Below, piece by piece: positions 15,271 through 24,649 of a stretch of DNA of 26,403 nucleotides (positions are counted from its first letter, which is position 1; the number at the start of each line of letters is the position of its first letter). The notes below the pieces were generated by a model. It ran no database searches. It was not told the DNA's origin and worked only from the letters and a program-made list of their open reading frames with translations. The position numbers and the translations under genes were made by a program. Source of the stretch: a virus (Duplodnaviria; Caudoviricetes); IMG/VR virus record IMGVR_UViG_3300032218_000526, positions 1 through 26,403 of that record. The stretch is one strand, 5' to 3'.

Positions 15271-18076
15271 CGTTTAAAAACCCTGAACAATCCAACACAA
15301 TTACATTAACTGCCGGAAGATTAACGTGTGTACCTTTACCCAACCGCTGCTTGCCACGATGTGCCTTGGTGCGTCCTGCCGTTAGCCCGTCGATTAACCC
15401 CGTGTAGTCGATCTGCTGTTTGCCGCACCATTCTTTCAACGGTTTGGGTAAGAGGTACAGCTTAAACACATCGTACTCATAGCGCCCGACCATACCCATA
15501 CGTGGTGTTGCATCAGGGTTCAATATCTTCTCAAGCCCTGTGGTGTCATTCGCCCGTGCATCATCGGTACTCTTGATACGTAATATGTTGTTATAGTTAA
15601 AGGCTAAGTAATCGGTGATGACGCTTTCCACATCTCCTGCCAACATCACAGAATCAGCGCGAGACTTCTTCATTGCGGTAACAATCCAATTTGCAATTGG
15701 TGCAATCTCAAAACCAATCAGCCCGATCTTCTTGGCAATTATCAGCCCTGTAATCGTAACCGCTGCACCAATCGACCAAAACCTATTCTCTGCGGTCAAC
15801 CCTGCGGCGTTGTCGAGCTTGCGTTGCGTTGAAATAAGTAAAGCCTTAACCGCATCAATATTTTCAATCACATACCGCATGTAAATCGGTCCTGCATGAC
15901 CGTGGTTAGATATGAGCGCGGAACTGAAATCATCTGTCTCGTCTTTGGAAACAAAATTTATTCGCACCGACTTGATGGCTAGGATACGTTGGGCTTCGGC
16001 TTCGGGCATTGCCTTGTACAAACCGATACGTGAAATCATGTCGTTATTAGCTGTAGTTGAAGTAAGCAGCTTCCACGGTGCGCCCCTGAACCGCTCTACG
16101 TTGCCTTTTGAAGTCAGCCGATTCCGTTGCACTCCGTTGGGCAATTGGTACGCCATGTCGCTCAAGTCTTTAGGTTCGGTGTTGGTTAGCTCGTCCATGT
16201 ACAACGGCAGGTTCTTATACACCTCTGCACGGTTCATCTTAGAGTTCATCGTATCCCCGCGCTGCAAAACCAAAACTCCGGGGTCGCCCCAAACAGATGC
16301 TCCTGCAATCATAGCTGTTGTCTTACCATGCCCTGAACCTCTGCTCCATACATGAATTATCATTGAGTGGATCGGTGTCAACGCCATAAGCGGCGAACCA
16401 AACGCTGTGCCTACAACAAACTGATGCTGCTCAAACCCTTTGCGATTATAAAAATCAATCGTCTTCTTCCATCCTTCTAACGTACCATGTGGTGTAAACG
16501 CAGGGAACAACCCCGCTGTGTTTCCCGCAGGGGCGCTTGCTTCAAACCGATCAGCAAATATTTCTACCGCACCCACAACGAATGATTTAAAGGTTTCATC
16601 TGTCCACCCAAATTGGCGGCGTGCCTCTTCAACTTCTGTTTCCATCTGCAACATGTTGACCCATTTCAAAGTGTAAATCATTAAGGCGTCTATCTTCATC
16701 ACGGCAACACCGTACATAGACAGGTACTTGCGAAACTCATCCTTAGACGAAATTGCTGATAGCGGTATCGTAAATTCACGTATACCGTCCTTGGGCAAAT
16801 GCAGCCGCATAACAGCCGACCACCCAAGCTCAGGATCACGTACTGACTTAACAACGTATATCGGGTTGTGGTATATCAGGACTTGTCTCTCATCGCCCTC
16901 ATCGTTTACAATGCGCTCGTATATGCCACCCCCCGCTGCACAGCCGTACGGCTCGGGGAACTTCTTAGGTATCTCGTACTTGCGTGTCGTGCCTGAAGGA
17001 AACGCGGCATCAGTAGCCACAACAACGCGCTGCTCGTCTGATATTTCTGCTATCTCGCGCCCTAATGTTATGGGCGATTTTATTTTTTCCCAGTGCTTGC
17101 ATGATGGGCAAACTCCGGGGTTGTATTCATCAAATCTCGCACATAGGTACGGACCTTTTATGGTCTGCGCTTTTATCTCTGTTGCTTCAGGACTGTATTC
17201 AGGATGCCTTGATGAAATCCTATGTATAGCCTTATCACCATCTGAGCAATACGCTGCGATAGATAATCCTGCCCTCCACTGCGGCTCAGACATCGTGGCT
17301 TGGTTTTCAATAATATTCTTTAACTGCTCACACCCATCACCCGCTATTGTCTTTAGCATGATGGTCTTAAACCGGCTCACAAAATTACCGGATATTGCTG
17401 CGGTCAATGGGTCAAGCGTACGTGGCGCGTAGTCTCTCTTAACTATGCTCTCGCCTACTAGACCCTTAAACGCCGCAAATGTAACTGATGGCGGTACATC
17501 GCCTATAAGCGTGACTTCTTTAGCCGGATTGTCTTTGTAGTTGTGCGTACCCAGTACCCGCAGCACTCGTGCAGCGTCAGCCGGTACTGCTGTGTCGATG
17601 TGCATACCATGTTCACCGCACAATTCTTTAAAACGTTCAGCAACAGGTTTCCATATCTCGCGTGAGACAGGCTCTGTAAGCGTCCAATACACATGCAACC
17701 CACGACCTGAATTAACGATCAGTGGTTTAGGCAACGTCAGTGCTTTGCAAAAAGTGCGTAGTGCTTTTAGCCCATCTAGTTGTGTTGCGTAAGGCTTGGT
17801 TGCACCGCAATCAATATCAAGAAAGAAAGACTTAATTTGTTTTACGTTAAACGCTGCGCGTGTCTTATTAGTCTCAAATCTAGCTAATGCAAAGAACGCA
17901 TTAACGCCTGTCTCATCAAGGTCAATCGCCTTTTTTACAGCTTCATCAACGGTTGTAAAAAATCTTTGCTCTGGTTTCTCGTTTGGGTCAGTCAGGTCTT
18001 CAGGATTCTTAATTCCTATTATGCAATAGTAACCGTTGTCGCCTAGTACCGCCCCCAAGAATTCTCTTGCATCCAT
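15233..18076 (-). CDS. Primase-helicase fusion: AEP/RepB-like primase, PriCT-like domain, Cys cluster, DUF927-type helicase
   Basis: FFLDIDCG, NSGRGLHVYW and DAARVLRV (AEP motifs); EPQWRAGLS; C...CPSCKH; Walker A GSGHGKTT; Walker B LYMDE. Confidence 0.85.
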   Translation of the reverse strand: MDAREFLGAVLGDNGYYCIIGIKNPEDLTDPNEKPEQRFFTTVDEAVKKAIDLDETGVNAFFALARFETNKTRAAFNVKQIKSFFLDIDCGATKPYATQLDGLKALRTFCKALTLPKPLIVNSGRGLHVYWTLTEPVSREIWKPVAERFKELCGEHGMHIDTAVPADAARVLRVLGTHNYKDNPAKEVTLIGDVPPSVTFAAFKGLVGESIVKRDYAPRTLDPLTAAISGNFVSRFKTIMLKTIAGDGCEQLKNIIENQATMSEPQWRAGLSIAAYCSDGDKAIHRISSRHPEYSPEATEIKAQTIKGPYLCARFDEYNPGVCPSCKHWEKIKSPITLGREIAEISDEQRVVVATDAAFPSGTTRKYEIPKKFPEPYGCAAGGGIYERIVNDEGDERQVLIYHNPIYVVKSVRDPELGWSAVMRLHLPKDGIREFTIPLSAISSKDEFRKYLSMYGVAVMKIDALMIYTLKWVNMLQMETEVEEARRQFGWTDETFKSFVVGAVEIFADRFEASAPAGNTAGLFPAFTPHGTLEGWKKTIDFYNRKGFEQHQFVVGTAFGSPLMALTPIHSMIIHVWSRGSGHGKTTAMIAGASVWGDPGVLVLQRGDTMNSKMNRAEVYKNLPLYMDELTNTEPKDLSDMAYQLPNGVQRNRLTSKGNVERFRGAPWKLLTSTTANNDMISRIGLYKAMPEAEAQRILAIKSVRINFVSKDETDDFSSALISNHGHAGPIYMRYVIENIDAVKALLISTQRKLDNAAGLTAENRFWSIGAAVTITGLIIAKKIGLIGFEIAPIANWIVTAMKKSRADSVMLAGDVESVITDYLAFNYNNILRIKSTDDARANDTTGLEKILNPDATPRMGMVGRYEYDVFKLYLLPKPLKEWCGKQQIDYTGLIDGLTAGRTKAHRGKQRLGKGTHVNLPAVNVIVLDCSGFLNDETTTYTPVRSD

Positions 18077-18096
18077 AGTTGCCCCTGCACTGCGTG

Positions 18097-18138
18097 AAGA
18101 AAAAGGTGGGTACTAACGGGCATGACTCCGTGTTCCCC
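18097..18138 (-). terminator. Possible terminator/attenuator hairpin between the SSB and primase genes
   Basis: - strand GGGAAC-ACGG-agtcatgc-CCGT-ta-GTACCC, then ACCTTTTTCTT. The stem is imperfect. Confidence 0.4.
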
Positions 18139-18153
18139 AAACAACTAAGTTAC

Positions 18154-19119
18154 TTAGTCGTCCCAATCGCCAACGAGGTCAGCAAGATCAGCCTTCTCTT
18201 CTGCGGGGGCAGCGGATTTCTTTGCAACTTTCTTAGGCTCGGGGATTGGCTCTTCAGCCTGAGCTTCAGGTGTAGCGGCTACAGCAGCGGCAGCAACTAC
18301 GGGTGCAGCAATTGCAGCGGCTTTCGCGGCGGCTTTCGGTGCGGGTTTCTCAAACAACTCGTCCGGCGTACCGCCAACTTTCGGTGCAGGAATCACACCG
18401 TCCATCTGTGACACGTTAAGCGTTACCGCTTTGACCGAATCCTCATGGGTACGCATCTCCAATGCTACCGCAATCTCCTCATCGTTCAATGCACGGATGG
18501 GTTTGAACACCAACTTAGGCGTTGGGCTTGCCGTATCAAAGCGCATCTCAGTCACAATACCGATTGCGTTGGTGCTGTGCGCTGCCAAGTGACGTCCGTA
18601 CGCTTGCAAGGGCATCTTGCCGTTGTCCGGATCACCAAAGATTGACGTAGCAGGAAGTGACAACTGATACACTTCGCGCTTCTCAATCTCGCCATCGAGC
18701 AGCACAGCCACACGTTGTTGGAATCGGCAAGCGCGACCTTCGCCTTGACCCGAACCTTTAATGTTCTGCTTGCAATCCAAACAGCGTGGTGACTGACGCT
18801 GATCCTGTGGCACAGCAGGGTCAGGAGTGCGGGTGTCAGATGACCAACACATAGGCTTCGTTGTCTCACCTTCGACGTAGCTTCCGGCGAAGTACATGCG
18901 CGAGATTCCCGCAGCGTTAATCAGCACCACATTCATCGCACGGTCTTCGTTTACACGATGCTCTTTACCGTTAATCAACTCACGAAACACGCCACCTTTA
19001 ATTGACAGGCGACGATTGGAACCCGCATTGCCGTTACCCGCTAAGGTAGTGGTCAGGTTGTTCTCAACACCGGCTAAAAGGGCAGACTGCTTACCACCAA
19101 ATAATGTCATCGAGGACAT
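18154..19119 (-). CDS. Putative single-stranded DNA-binding/annealing protein
   Basis: 321 aa, AGGAG RBS. Beta-rich core with a C..CxxC..C cluster, long Ala/Pro/Lys linker and acidic-aromatic tail (DLVGDWDD). Adjacent to the primase gene. Confidence 0.6.
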   Translation of the reverse strand: MSSMTLFGGKQSALLAGVENNLTTTLAGNGNAGSNRRLSIKGGVFRELINGKEHRVNEDRAMNVVLINAAGISRMYFAGSYVEGETTKPMCWSSDTRTPDPAVPQDQRQSPRCLDCKQNIKGSGQGEGRACRFQQRVAVLLDGEIEKREVYQLSLPATSIFGDPDNGKMPLQAYGRHLAAHSTNAIGIVTEMRFDTASPTPKLVFKPIRALNDEEIAVALEMRTHEDSVKAVTLNVSQMDGVIPAPKVGGTPDELFEKPAPKAAAKAAAIAAPVVAAAAVAATPEAQAEEPIPEPKKVAKKSAAPAEEKADLADLVGDWDD

Positions 19120-19128
19120 GTAATTCTC

Positions 19129-19407
19129 CTATAGGTCTTCATCAGGGTTAAAGTTTAATTCCAACTGCACTGGCTCTTTCATTGCAACTTCAACTGGTAC
19201 TTCAACTGGTACTTCTGGTAATTCGTCATCGGCTCGGGCAGAGAATGCTTGTACCATAGCCGACAGGTCGAACCTGTAAGTAAGCCCGATTTTTAGGTAT
19301 GTGTCTTTAGGGATGAACCCTTGCCTAATCCACGAACGTATCGTTGATACTGATACTGTGAAATGCTTGGCGCATTCCTCAATTGGTACAAATGGTCCTT
19401 GCGACAT
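19129..19407 (-). CDS. Excisionase/MerR-like HTH DNA-binding protein
   Basis: IEECAKHFTVSVSTIRSWIRQGFIP...KIGLTYRF fits the HTH_17 pattern. AAGGAG RBS; start overlaps the upstream stop. Confidence 0.8.
   Translation of the reverse strand: MSQGPFVPIEECAKHFTVSVSTIRSWIRQGFIPKDTYLKIGLTYRFDLSAMVQAFSARADDELPEVPVEVPVEVAMKEPVQLELNFNPDEDL
19187..19219. repeat. 12-bp tandem repeat (ACTTCAACTGGT x2 plus partial) encoding PEVPVEVPVEV
   Basis: Read directly from the sequence. Confidence 0.7.
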
Positions 19408-19802
19408 TATTTTCTCCTTACCGTTACTGAGTATTCACTGTCCACGTTGATCCCCGGGGGCAGTAAATCGGGGTGTTCTGCCAAAAACTGTTTGATGTTG
19501 CCTTGGTGTAATCGCTTCTCAAGCAACTCAGGTACTTGGTGTTCGACGATGAACTTGCCCATCGACTCCCAATCGTTCGTCCAATAACTCTGCTTCAGGG
19601 TACGAAAGAATACCCCTTCTGCGGTGCGGACGCTTTCGACGTTGTGTTCCTTGCAATGCTCAAGCAACGCACCCTTGACCTTAGCCATCTTGTCCTTGAG
19701 TGCTTCCTCCTGCTCTTTGTATGCGCTTGCCATCTCTGCTTGCTTCTCACGCATCTTGATGTACACCTTAACTAGCTTTTCTACTGGGACTTCGTTTGCC
19801 AT
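19407..19802 (-). CDS. Hypothetical phage replication-module protein (N-terminal coiled coil)
   Basis: 131 aa with AAGGAG RBS. Coiled coil followed by SVRTAEG...W...LPPGINV. Confidence 0.75.
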   Translation of the reverse strand: MANEVPVEKLVKVYIKMREKQAEMASAYKEQEEALKDKMAKVKGALLEHCKEHNVESVRTAEGVFFRTLKQSYWTNDWESMGKFIVEHQVPELLEKRLHQGNIKQFLAEHPDLLPPGINVDSEYSVTVRRK

Positions 19803-19830
19803 GATAATTCTCCTTGGTTATGACAATTGA

Positions 19831-19859
19831 ATTATAGTACAGTTTTGTTAACTAATCTA
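19831..19859 (-). promoter_or_regulatory. Sigma70-like promoter for the 131 aa-HTH-SSB-primase block
   Basis: Perfect TATAAT (19836-19831) with a weak -35 TAGATT (19859-19854) at 17-bp spacing, in an AT-rich intergenic gap. Confidence 0.55.
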
Positions 19860-21390
19860 CTATTTCTTTGTAGAGGTCAACTATTTTTGTGTAAACGTCT
19901 ATTTTATTATCTAATAAGTTGTATACGTGTCTTTCTATACCAGACCCTTGTAATTGGATCACCGTTGTGGGGTGTCGTTGCCCTGCTCGATGTACCCGAG
20001 CGTTAGCCTGAGCATACGTTTCAAGTGACGATGTCGGACCCCACCACACCACCGTGTCGGCAGCGGTGAGCGTAACCCCATGTGCAGCAGCTTGTGGCTG
20101 AATGATTAACACCCGAGGGGAGTCTGTTTCTTGGAACCGCTTGAAGATGTCTGCACGTTTGTTACCGGCTACATCCCCGCTAATAACTTCGGTAGCAATG
20201 TTGTCGGCATTCAACTTTTCTGACAGGATCGAGATCACATGCTTGAACGGTACAAACACCAACACCTTCTGACTTGCCTCGTCAATAACTTCTTTTAGCA
20301 CCGCGTAACGATGCTTGATGTCAAACTCGATGGTCTCCCCCGTATCTGAGTACACTGCGCCGCACGATATTTGCAAAAGCTTATTCATGTTGACCGCAGC
20401 GTTAACCGTTGTGATGGCTTCTCCTGCGGCTTCGATGAGCATACGTTTCTTGAGTAGGGTGTAATATTTTTGCTGCTGTCTAGTTAACTCCACCTCTCTT
20501 TTAATGTACGTCATGTCCGGCAAGTCAAGGCACTCGTCCTTGGTGAATCGTATCGCCGGTTGCAACACCTCATGAACAATCTTTGCAGCATCAATCTTTG
20601 GTGCGTACTTGAACATCGTTAGCTTGACCATCACCATGTCACGGAATGTTGTAAAGAACCGTGGCACACCTTTCGGATTAACAAGTTTTGCAATGCCGTA
20701 CGCATCGAGCGGTGACTGTGCAGCAGGTGTTCCTGTCAGCATCCACAACCACGTATCAGGTGTTAACAGGTTGTTCAGTACCTTCCATCGTTTAGCCTGT
20801 GCGTTCTTATACGCATTTGCTTCGTCCACAACAATCAGATCAAACTTGGCGTTGTATATGTCTTGCTGCACAATCTCAACACCGTCATAGTTAATGATGA
20901 CAAACTCAGCACCACCGTTAATCACAGCACGGCGCTTGGCTGCGTTGCCGTACGCAATGTCAACTGTGCGGTGCATTGCAAACTTAAACAAGTCGGTGCG
21001 CCACGCCGCATCCATAATAGATAACGGGCAGATCACAAGTACGCGCTTAATGCGTTTCTGTGTCATCAGGAAGTCTGCCGCCCATACGACGCTCCCTGTT
21101 TTGCCTGTGCCTTGTTCGTTTAAACAAAACGCTCTGCGGTTAAGTGTTAAGAATGCGGCTGTCGTGCGCTGATGATCGAACGGTTTATGTTGCCCTGTCC
21201 ATGCGTACTGCCCCAGTATCGGGCTTGGTACATCTCGGATGTTTAAATTCTTCAATACCTGTACTTCGTCTAGCCCCCATTTAACAAGCACTTTACCTTC
21301 TCCTAGGTCTTTACTCTTTGGTATCACCGTTGTAATGCGTTGCGGATTACGCACCGTCAATAGTAGCGACTTGTTATTAACGATTTCCAA
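19852..21390 (-). CDS. SNF2-family (SF2) helicase
   Basis: EQGTGKT, VICPLS, VVDEA, LTGTP, AHGVTLT, QANARVHRAGQ. Probable TTG start at 21390 with GGAG 6 nt upstream; the ORF track gives 21417. Confidence 0.9.
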   Translation of the reverse strand: MEIVNNKSLLLTVRNPQRITTVIPKSKDLGEGKVLVKWGLDEVQVLKNLNIRDVPSPILGQYAWTGQHKPFDHQRTTAAFLTLNRRAFCLNEQGTGKTGSVVWAADFLMTQKRIKRVLVICPLSIMDAAWRTDLFKFAMHRTVDIAYGNAAKRRAVINGGAEFVIINYDGVEIVQQDIYNAKFDLIVVDEANAYKNAQAKRWKVLNNLLTPDTWLWMLTGTPAAQSPLDAYGIAKLVNPKGVPRFFTTFRDMVMVKLTMFKYAPKIDAAKIVHEVLQPAIRFTKDECLDLPDMTYIKREVELTRQQQKYYTLLKKRMLIEAAGEAITTVNAAVNMNKLLQISCGAVYSDTGETIEFDIKHRYAVLKEVIDEASQKVLVFVPFKHVISILSEKLNADNIATEVISGDVAGNKRADIFKRFQETDSPRVLIIQPQAAAHGVTLTAADTVVWWGPTSSLETYAQANARVHRAGQRHPTTVIQLQGSGIERHVYNLLDNKIDVYTKIVDLYKEIVD

Positions 21391-21464
21391 TACGTTCTCC
21401 GATGCAAAATCGACCAAACACGGCGTGTGAATGGTCGGTACTCGTGATGCTCACTACGTACTGC

Positions 21465-21755
21465 TTACTTCTTCTTGCGTTCGCGCTTGCTAACTTCTGA
21501 TACTAAGTTGCCTTTCGAGTCACGTTTAAATGACCGATTACTGTTGGCATCTTCTGCACGTACACCGTCTTTAATTGAGCCGCCTTTATCGACAGCCTTG
21601 ACGTGTGCAGCGTCCTTGCCATCGCCCTTATGCAGCTTACCCGCTTTTACCAATGTGCTACGCGCCTTGTTGCGCTCGGCACGTTCTTTAATATGCTCGG
21701 GCTTGCCTTGGTATGTTGCATACTCTTGCTTATAGTCACGGGACTTGGTTGCCAT
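21465..21755 (-). CDS. Small basic HNH-like protein
   Basis: GDGKDAAHVKAVDKGG...NSNRSF resembles the DVDH..PLSKGG..NLR...NR HNH pattern. AAGGAG RBS. Confidence 0.6.
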   Translation of the reverse strand: MATKSRDYKQEYATYQGKPEHIKERAERNKARSTLVKAGKLHKGDGKDAAHVKAVDKGGSIKDGVRAEDANSNRSFKRDSKGNLVSEVSKRERKKK

Positions 21756-22430
21756 TTAATTACTCCTTCCGTTGTGCGGACACTCTATCACTACGCAATG
21801 CTTTCGGCATAATCCGCTTGGGCGTGGACTCCATACGTCATTAGTGTACGCCGCTTGCATCTGAGCGTGTGCGGTTAGCCACTTCGCCCACAGCCTCGGC
21901 ACGTCCGCTAGGGTGTATCGAGCTTTAACAAAGTCGTTACTTACAACAAATAATAGCGCAGCATCGACCTGTTCCACAAGAGGAAAGTGTTTAAATAACG
22001 CCAACGCCATTAACTCTAGCTGCCCACGATCTGCGTACCGCGCACTCTTGCCTGTCTTGTAATCCACCACTTTAGCTTTGCCACTATCATGATTTACTAC
22101 AACCAAGTCTGCAATGCCGCGCCACCAAACTCGCGGGTCTTTAAATGAGCAGGGTTCTAGCTGCTCGGTCAACCCCATCTCATACTCGCAGTGCTTATCA
22201 CCCTCAATCGCGTTCAGCTTATCCAGTACCGGCTTGGCAAATGCAAATGGTGCAGGAAGCGGTGTACCGTCTCTGATATAAAACTCCGCTGCCTCATGAA
22301 ACTGCGTACCATAGAGCGTTGCTTCGGTCGGCGGTTCTTCGTACTCCTTGAGAACCTTGATATGGTAGAACTGTTTAGGACATGTTTCAAACTTCTTGAT
22401 CCCGCTGTACGACCATGAGGGTGAACTCAT
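21756..22430 (-). CDS. PD-(D/E)XK exonuclease (Cas4/RecB-like)
   Basis: WSYS...CPKQF, GTQFH, E..., RGIAD, VVDYKTG, QLELMA and C-terminal LCRKHC...CPH. Confidence 0.85.
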   Translation of the reverse strand: MSSPSWSYSGIKKFETCPKQFYHIKVLKEYEEPPTEATLYGTQFHEAAEFYIRDGTPLPAPFAFAKPVLDKLNAIEGDKHCEYEMGLTEQLEPCSFKDPRVWWRGIADLVVVNHDSGKAKVVDYKTGKSARYADRGQLELMALALFKHFPLVEQVDAALLFVVSNDFVKARYTLADVPRLWAKWLTAHAQMQAAYTNDVWSPRPSGLCRKHCVVIECPHNGRSN

Positions 22431-22433
22431 TTG

Positions 22434-22784
22434 CTACTCCTGTTCGGCATGCACAACCACTGCCGCCCATTCACGTTCGTTTCGGTTTGATGGGGACTTA
22501 ATCAGCATACCTGTGGGGTACGCACGACCTTGCTTTTCCAAGTCTGACATACGCCTAAACACCTGTGCGCGGTCAAGCCCTAGTCGCCGTGCAATACTTG
22601 TGGGTGATGCTGCACCGTGCCTACGTAGTGTAGCTAAGATAAGTGTCGCATGGTGTAGCGCCAAGTCTCGCGCTGCATCTGCTGCTTCGTGGCTAGTATT
22701 GGGGTCAGTATTCCTAGCCATTGGTTTTACTTCATGCAAATCCCCACCAAAATATTCATAATACTTTATCATTTGCTTCTCCAT
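22434..22784 (-). CDS. Winged-HTH DNA-binding protein with an ARxTDPxTSHxAA motif
   Basis: ARNTDPNTSHEAA followed by SPTSIARRLGLDRAQVFRRMSDLEKQG. ATG 22784 with GGAGA RBS is preferred over 22793. Confidence 0.75.
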   Translation of the reverse strand: MEKQMIKYYEYFGGDLHEVKPMARNTDPNTSHEAADAARDLALHHATLILATLRRHGAASPTSIARRLGLDRAQVFRRMSDLEKQGRAYPTGMLIKSPSNRNEREWAAVVVHAEQE

Positions 22785-22786
22785 GT

Positions 22787-24649
22787 TTAACAATCTCCGT
22801 ACGATTTACCAAAGCCTGACTCACAGTTAACAGGTAGCCCCGCTGCCCAGTCAGGTGTCCAACGCATACATTCTTCAACGTATGCCACTGCTTCTACTGC
22901 TTGATCCTTATGCACAACGCAAGCCACTGCATCATGCACAGTCAACACAACCTTGTATCGCTTGGCTATACGCAACATCTGTTCGGCAATGATGCACCGT
23001 GCAATACCCTGACACACGTTCTCTACGACCTTGCCCCCATATATGCGGGTGTATCCTCGGCGTGTCTTGTAGCTATACTCAACACCCTTTGCTCCTTGTT
23101 CAAAGCGCAAGTCATCGTAACGCATCAACAACCCTGACGGTAACTTGATGGCGTTCTTCTCAACAGTCAGTACGTCGGGCCGACCTAGCTGTGACACATC
23201 ACCCCTTGACATGTTAGCGATTACATTCTGAGCTTGCTGCCAGAGCATAACAATGTCTTGGTTAGTGCGTCTGTAGATGTCAATGATACGCCGCGCTTCT
23301 TCGATGTCAATCGTAAATCCAAACGTCTTAAGCTGCATCTGAAACTTAGGCGCACCCATGCCGTACCCTGCACCAAGAATCGTTGTCTTACCGACGAACC
23401 GCTCAGGGTCAGTTATATTCTCCGGTGGTTTACTGTATATCTGTGACGCCATAAGTTTGTATGGGTCATGCTTAAAATCTTTCTTGTTTACGCCCGCCAA
23501 TATCTCTGCGTTGTTTTTCTTAAACGTATCCACCAAGTCAGCCTGCCCCGCAAGCCATGCCAATACCCGTGCTTCAATCTGCGCTGAGTCAGCGTCGATA
23601 ATAATGTGGTCTTCAGGCGCAATGATCGCCCGCTTCAATGTGTTCGCATTCACCCCACGGGTTGGCAGGTTCTGCAAGTTAATCTTGTCATCTCCGCCGA
23701 ATCGACCTGTGTGCGCTGCGTAATACCGAATCGGTACAGGTAGTAGTCCACGGTTGGCGATACCCATAAAGCGTTGAGTGCGTGTCTCTTCAAGTGTGGA
23801 CTTCGTACCAAGCCGTGCCGCAACAAGGGTCTGCACCCGCAAGTCAGGATGCTCGGCAAGTGCTTTAAATTCCTCGTCGCTCTTAGCAAATGCCAAGGTC
23901 TGTTTACCTGTCGTGGGGCTGACCTTCATCGGCGGTTCAACACCGAACTCACGCAACAAATCGGCAAACTTCAGGTTAGACAGCAGCTCTTCTTTCGTTG
24001 CTTCGATGCGGGATAACAACCTAAACTTCTCATCCTTAGTCTCACGCAAGTGTTGCTCAAGTAATGTCAGGTCAAGCTCAAGCACGGGTTCAATGAACAT
24101 GCGTAACGTCAGGTCGATGATGCGTAGCTCCTGCTTGGGGAAGCCCTTTGCCATCAGGTAAAACAAACTATGCGTTAACTCCACATCATTGATGCAATAG
24201 TCCCCATAGCGTGAAAGCTGTTCGACGCTGAAATCGGTACGGCGCATACCCTTGGCTTGGATTACTTCATTGCCTTTGACACCCACGCCGTAACGTTCAG
24301 CCATAGCTTTGAGTGAGCCACCCACTTCAATACCATGCAAGGCACGACCCATACACAGAGTATCAGCCCACACACGAGGCTTGATACCAAAACGCCAACT
24401 AAGGATAGCACCATCAAACATGGTGTTGTGGCATACCACCATTGCGTCTGCCCAGTTGAACGTATCGAGCCACGTTTTAATCTGTTCATGTGTGCCACTC
24501 GCCCACTCGGTTTGGTTGTTGTTAACTTTAATTGCTAGACCAATCACCTCAAACTTGTCATCACGTACGTAGGCTTCAGTTGTAATCTTGCTCAAACTAA
24601 AGTCTTGGTCATAGTACGTTTCCATATCAACTACGATTAAGTCCATCAC
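22787..24649 (-). CDS. polA: Family A DNA polymerase with 3'-5' exonuclease (Leu762 type)
   Basis: Exo motifs DMETY, HNTMFD, YCIND; TGRFGG...NLQN; motif A DSAQIEAR; motif B RFVGKTTILGAGYG; motif C TVHD. AAGGAG RBS; start GTG 24649 or ATG 24646. Confidence 0.92.
   Translation of the reverse strand: MMDLIVVDMETYYDQDFSLSKITTEAYVRDDKFEVIGLAIKVNNNQTEWASGTHEQIKTWLDTFNWADAMVVCHNTMFDGAILSWRFGIKPRVWADTLCMGRALHGIEVGGSLKAMAERYGVGVKGNEVIQAKGMRRTDFSVEQLSRYGDYCINDVELTHSLFYLMAKGFPKQELRIIDLTLRMFIEPVLELDLTLLEQHLRETKDEKFRLLSRIEATKEELLSNLKFADLLREFGVEPPMKVSPTTGKQTLAFAKSDEEFKALAEHPDLRVQTLVAARLGTKSTLEETRTQRFMGIANRGLLPVPIRYYAAHTGRFGGDDKINLQNLPTRGVNANTLKRAIIAPEDHIIIDADSAQIEARVLAWLAGQADLVDTFKKNNAEILAGVNKKDFKHDPYKLMASQIYSKPPENITDPERFVGKTTILGAGYGMGAPKFQMQLKTFGFTIDIEEARRIIDIYRRTNQDIVMLWQQAQNVIANMSRGDVSQLGRPDVLTVEKNAIKLPSGLLMRYDDLRFEQGAKGVEYSYKTRRGYTRIYGGKVVENVCQGIARCIIAEQMLRIAKRYKVVLTVHDAVACVVHKDQAVEAVAYVEECMRWTPDWAAGLPVNCESGFGKSYGDC

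Noticed and set aside
21756-22430. Cas4-like nuclease as a sign of CRISPR-Cas
   Set aside because: No repeat-spacer array or other cas genes are seen. Solo Cas4-like exonucleases are routine in phage replication modules.
15615-24572. + strand ORFs opposite the replication genes (e.g. 16728-17432)
   Set aside because: They lie opposite well-supported - strand genes and show no independent evidence.
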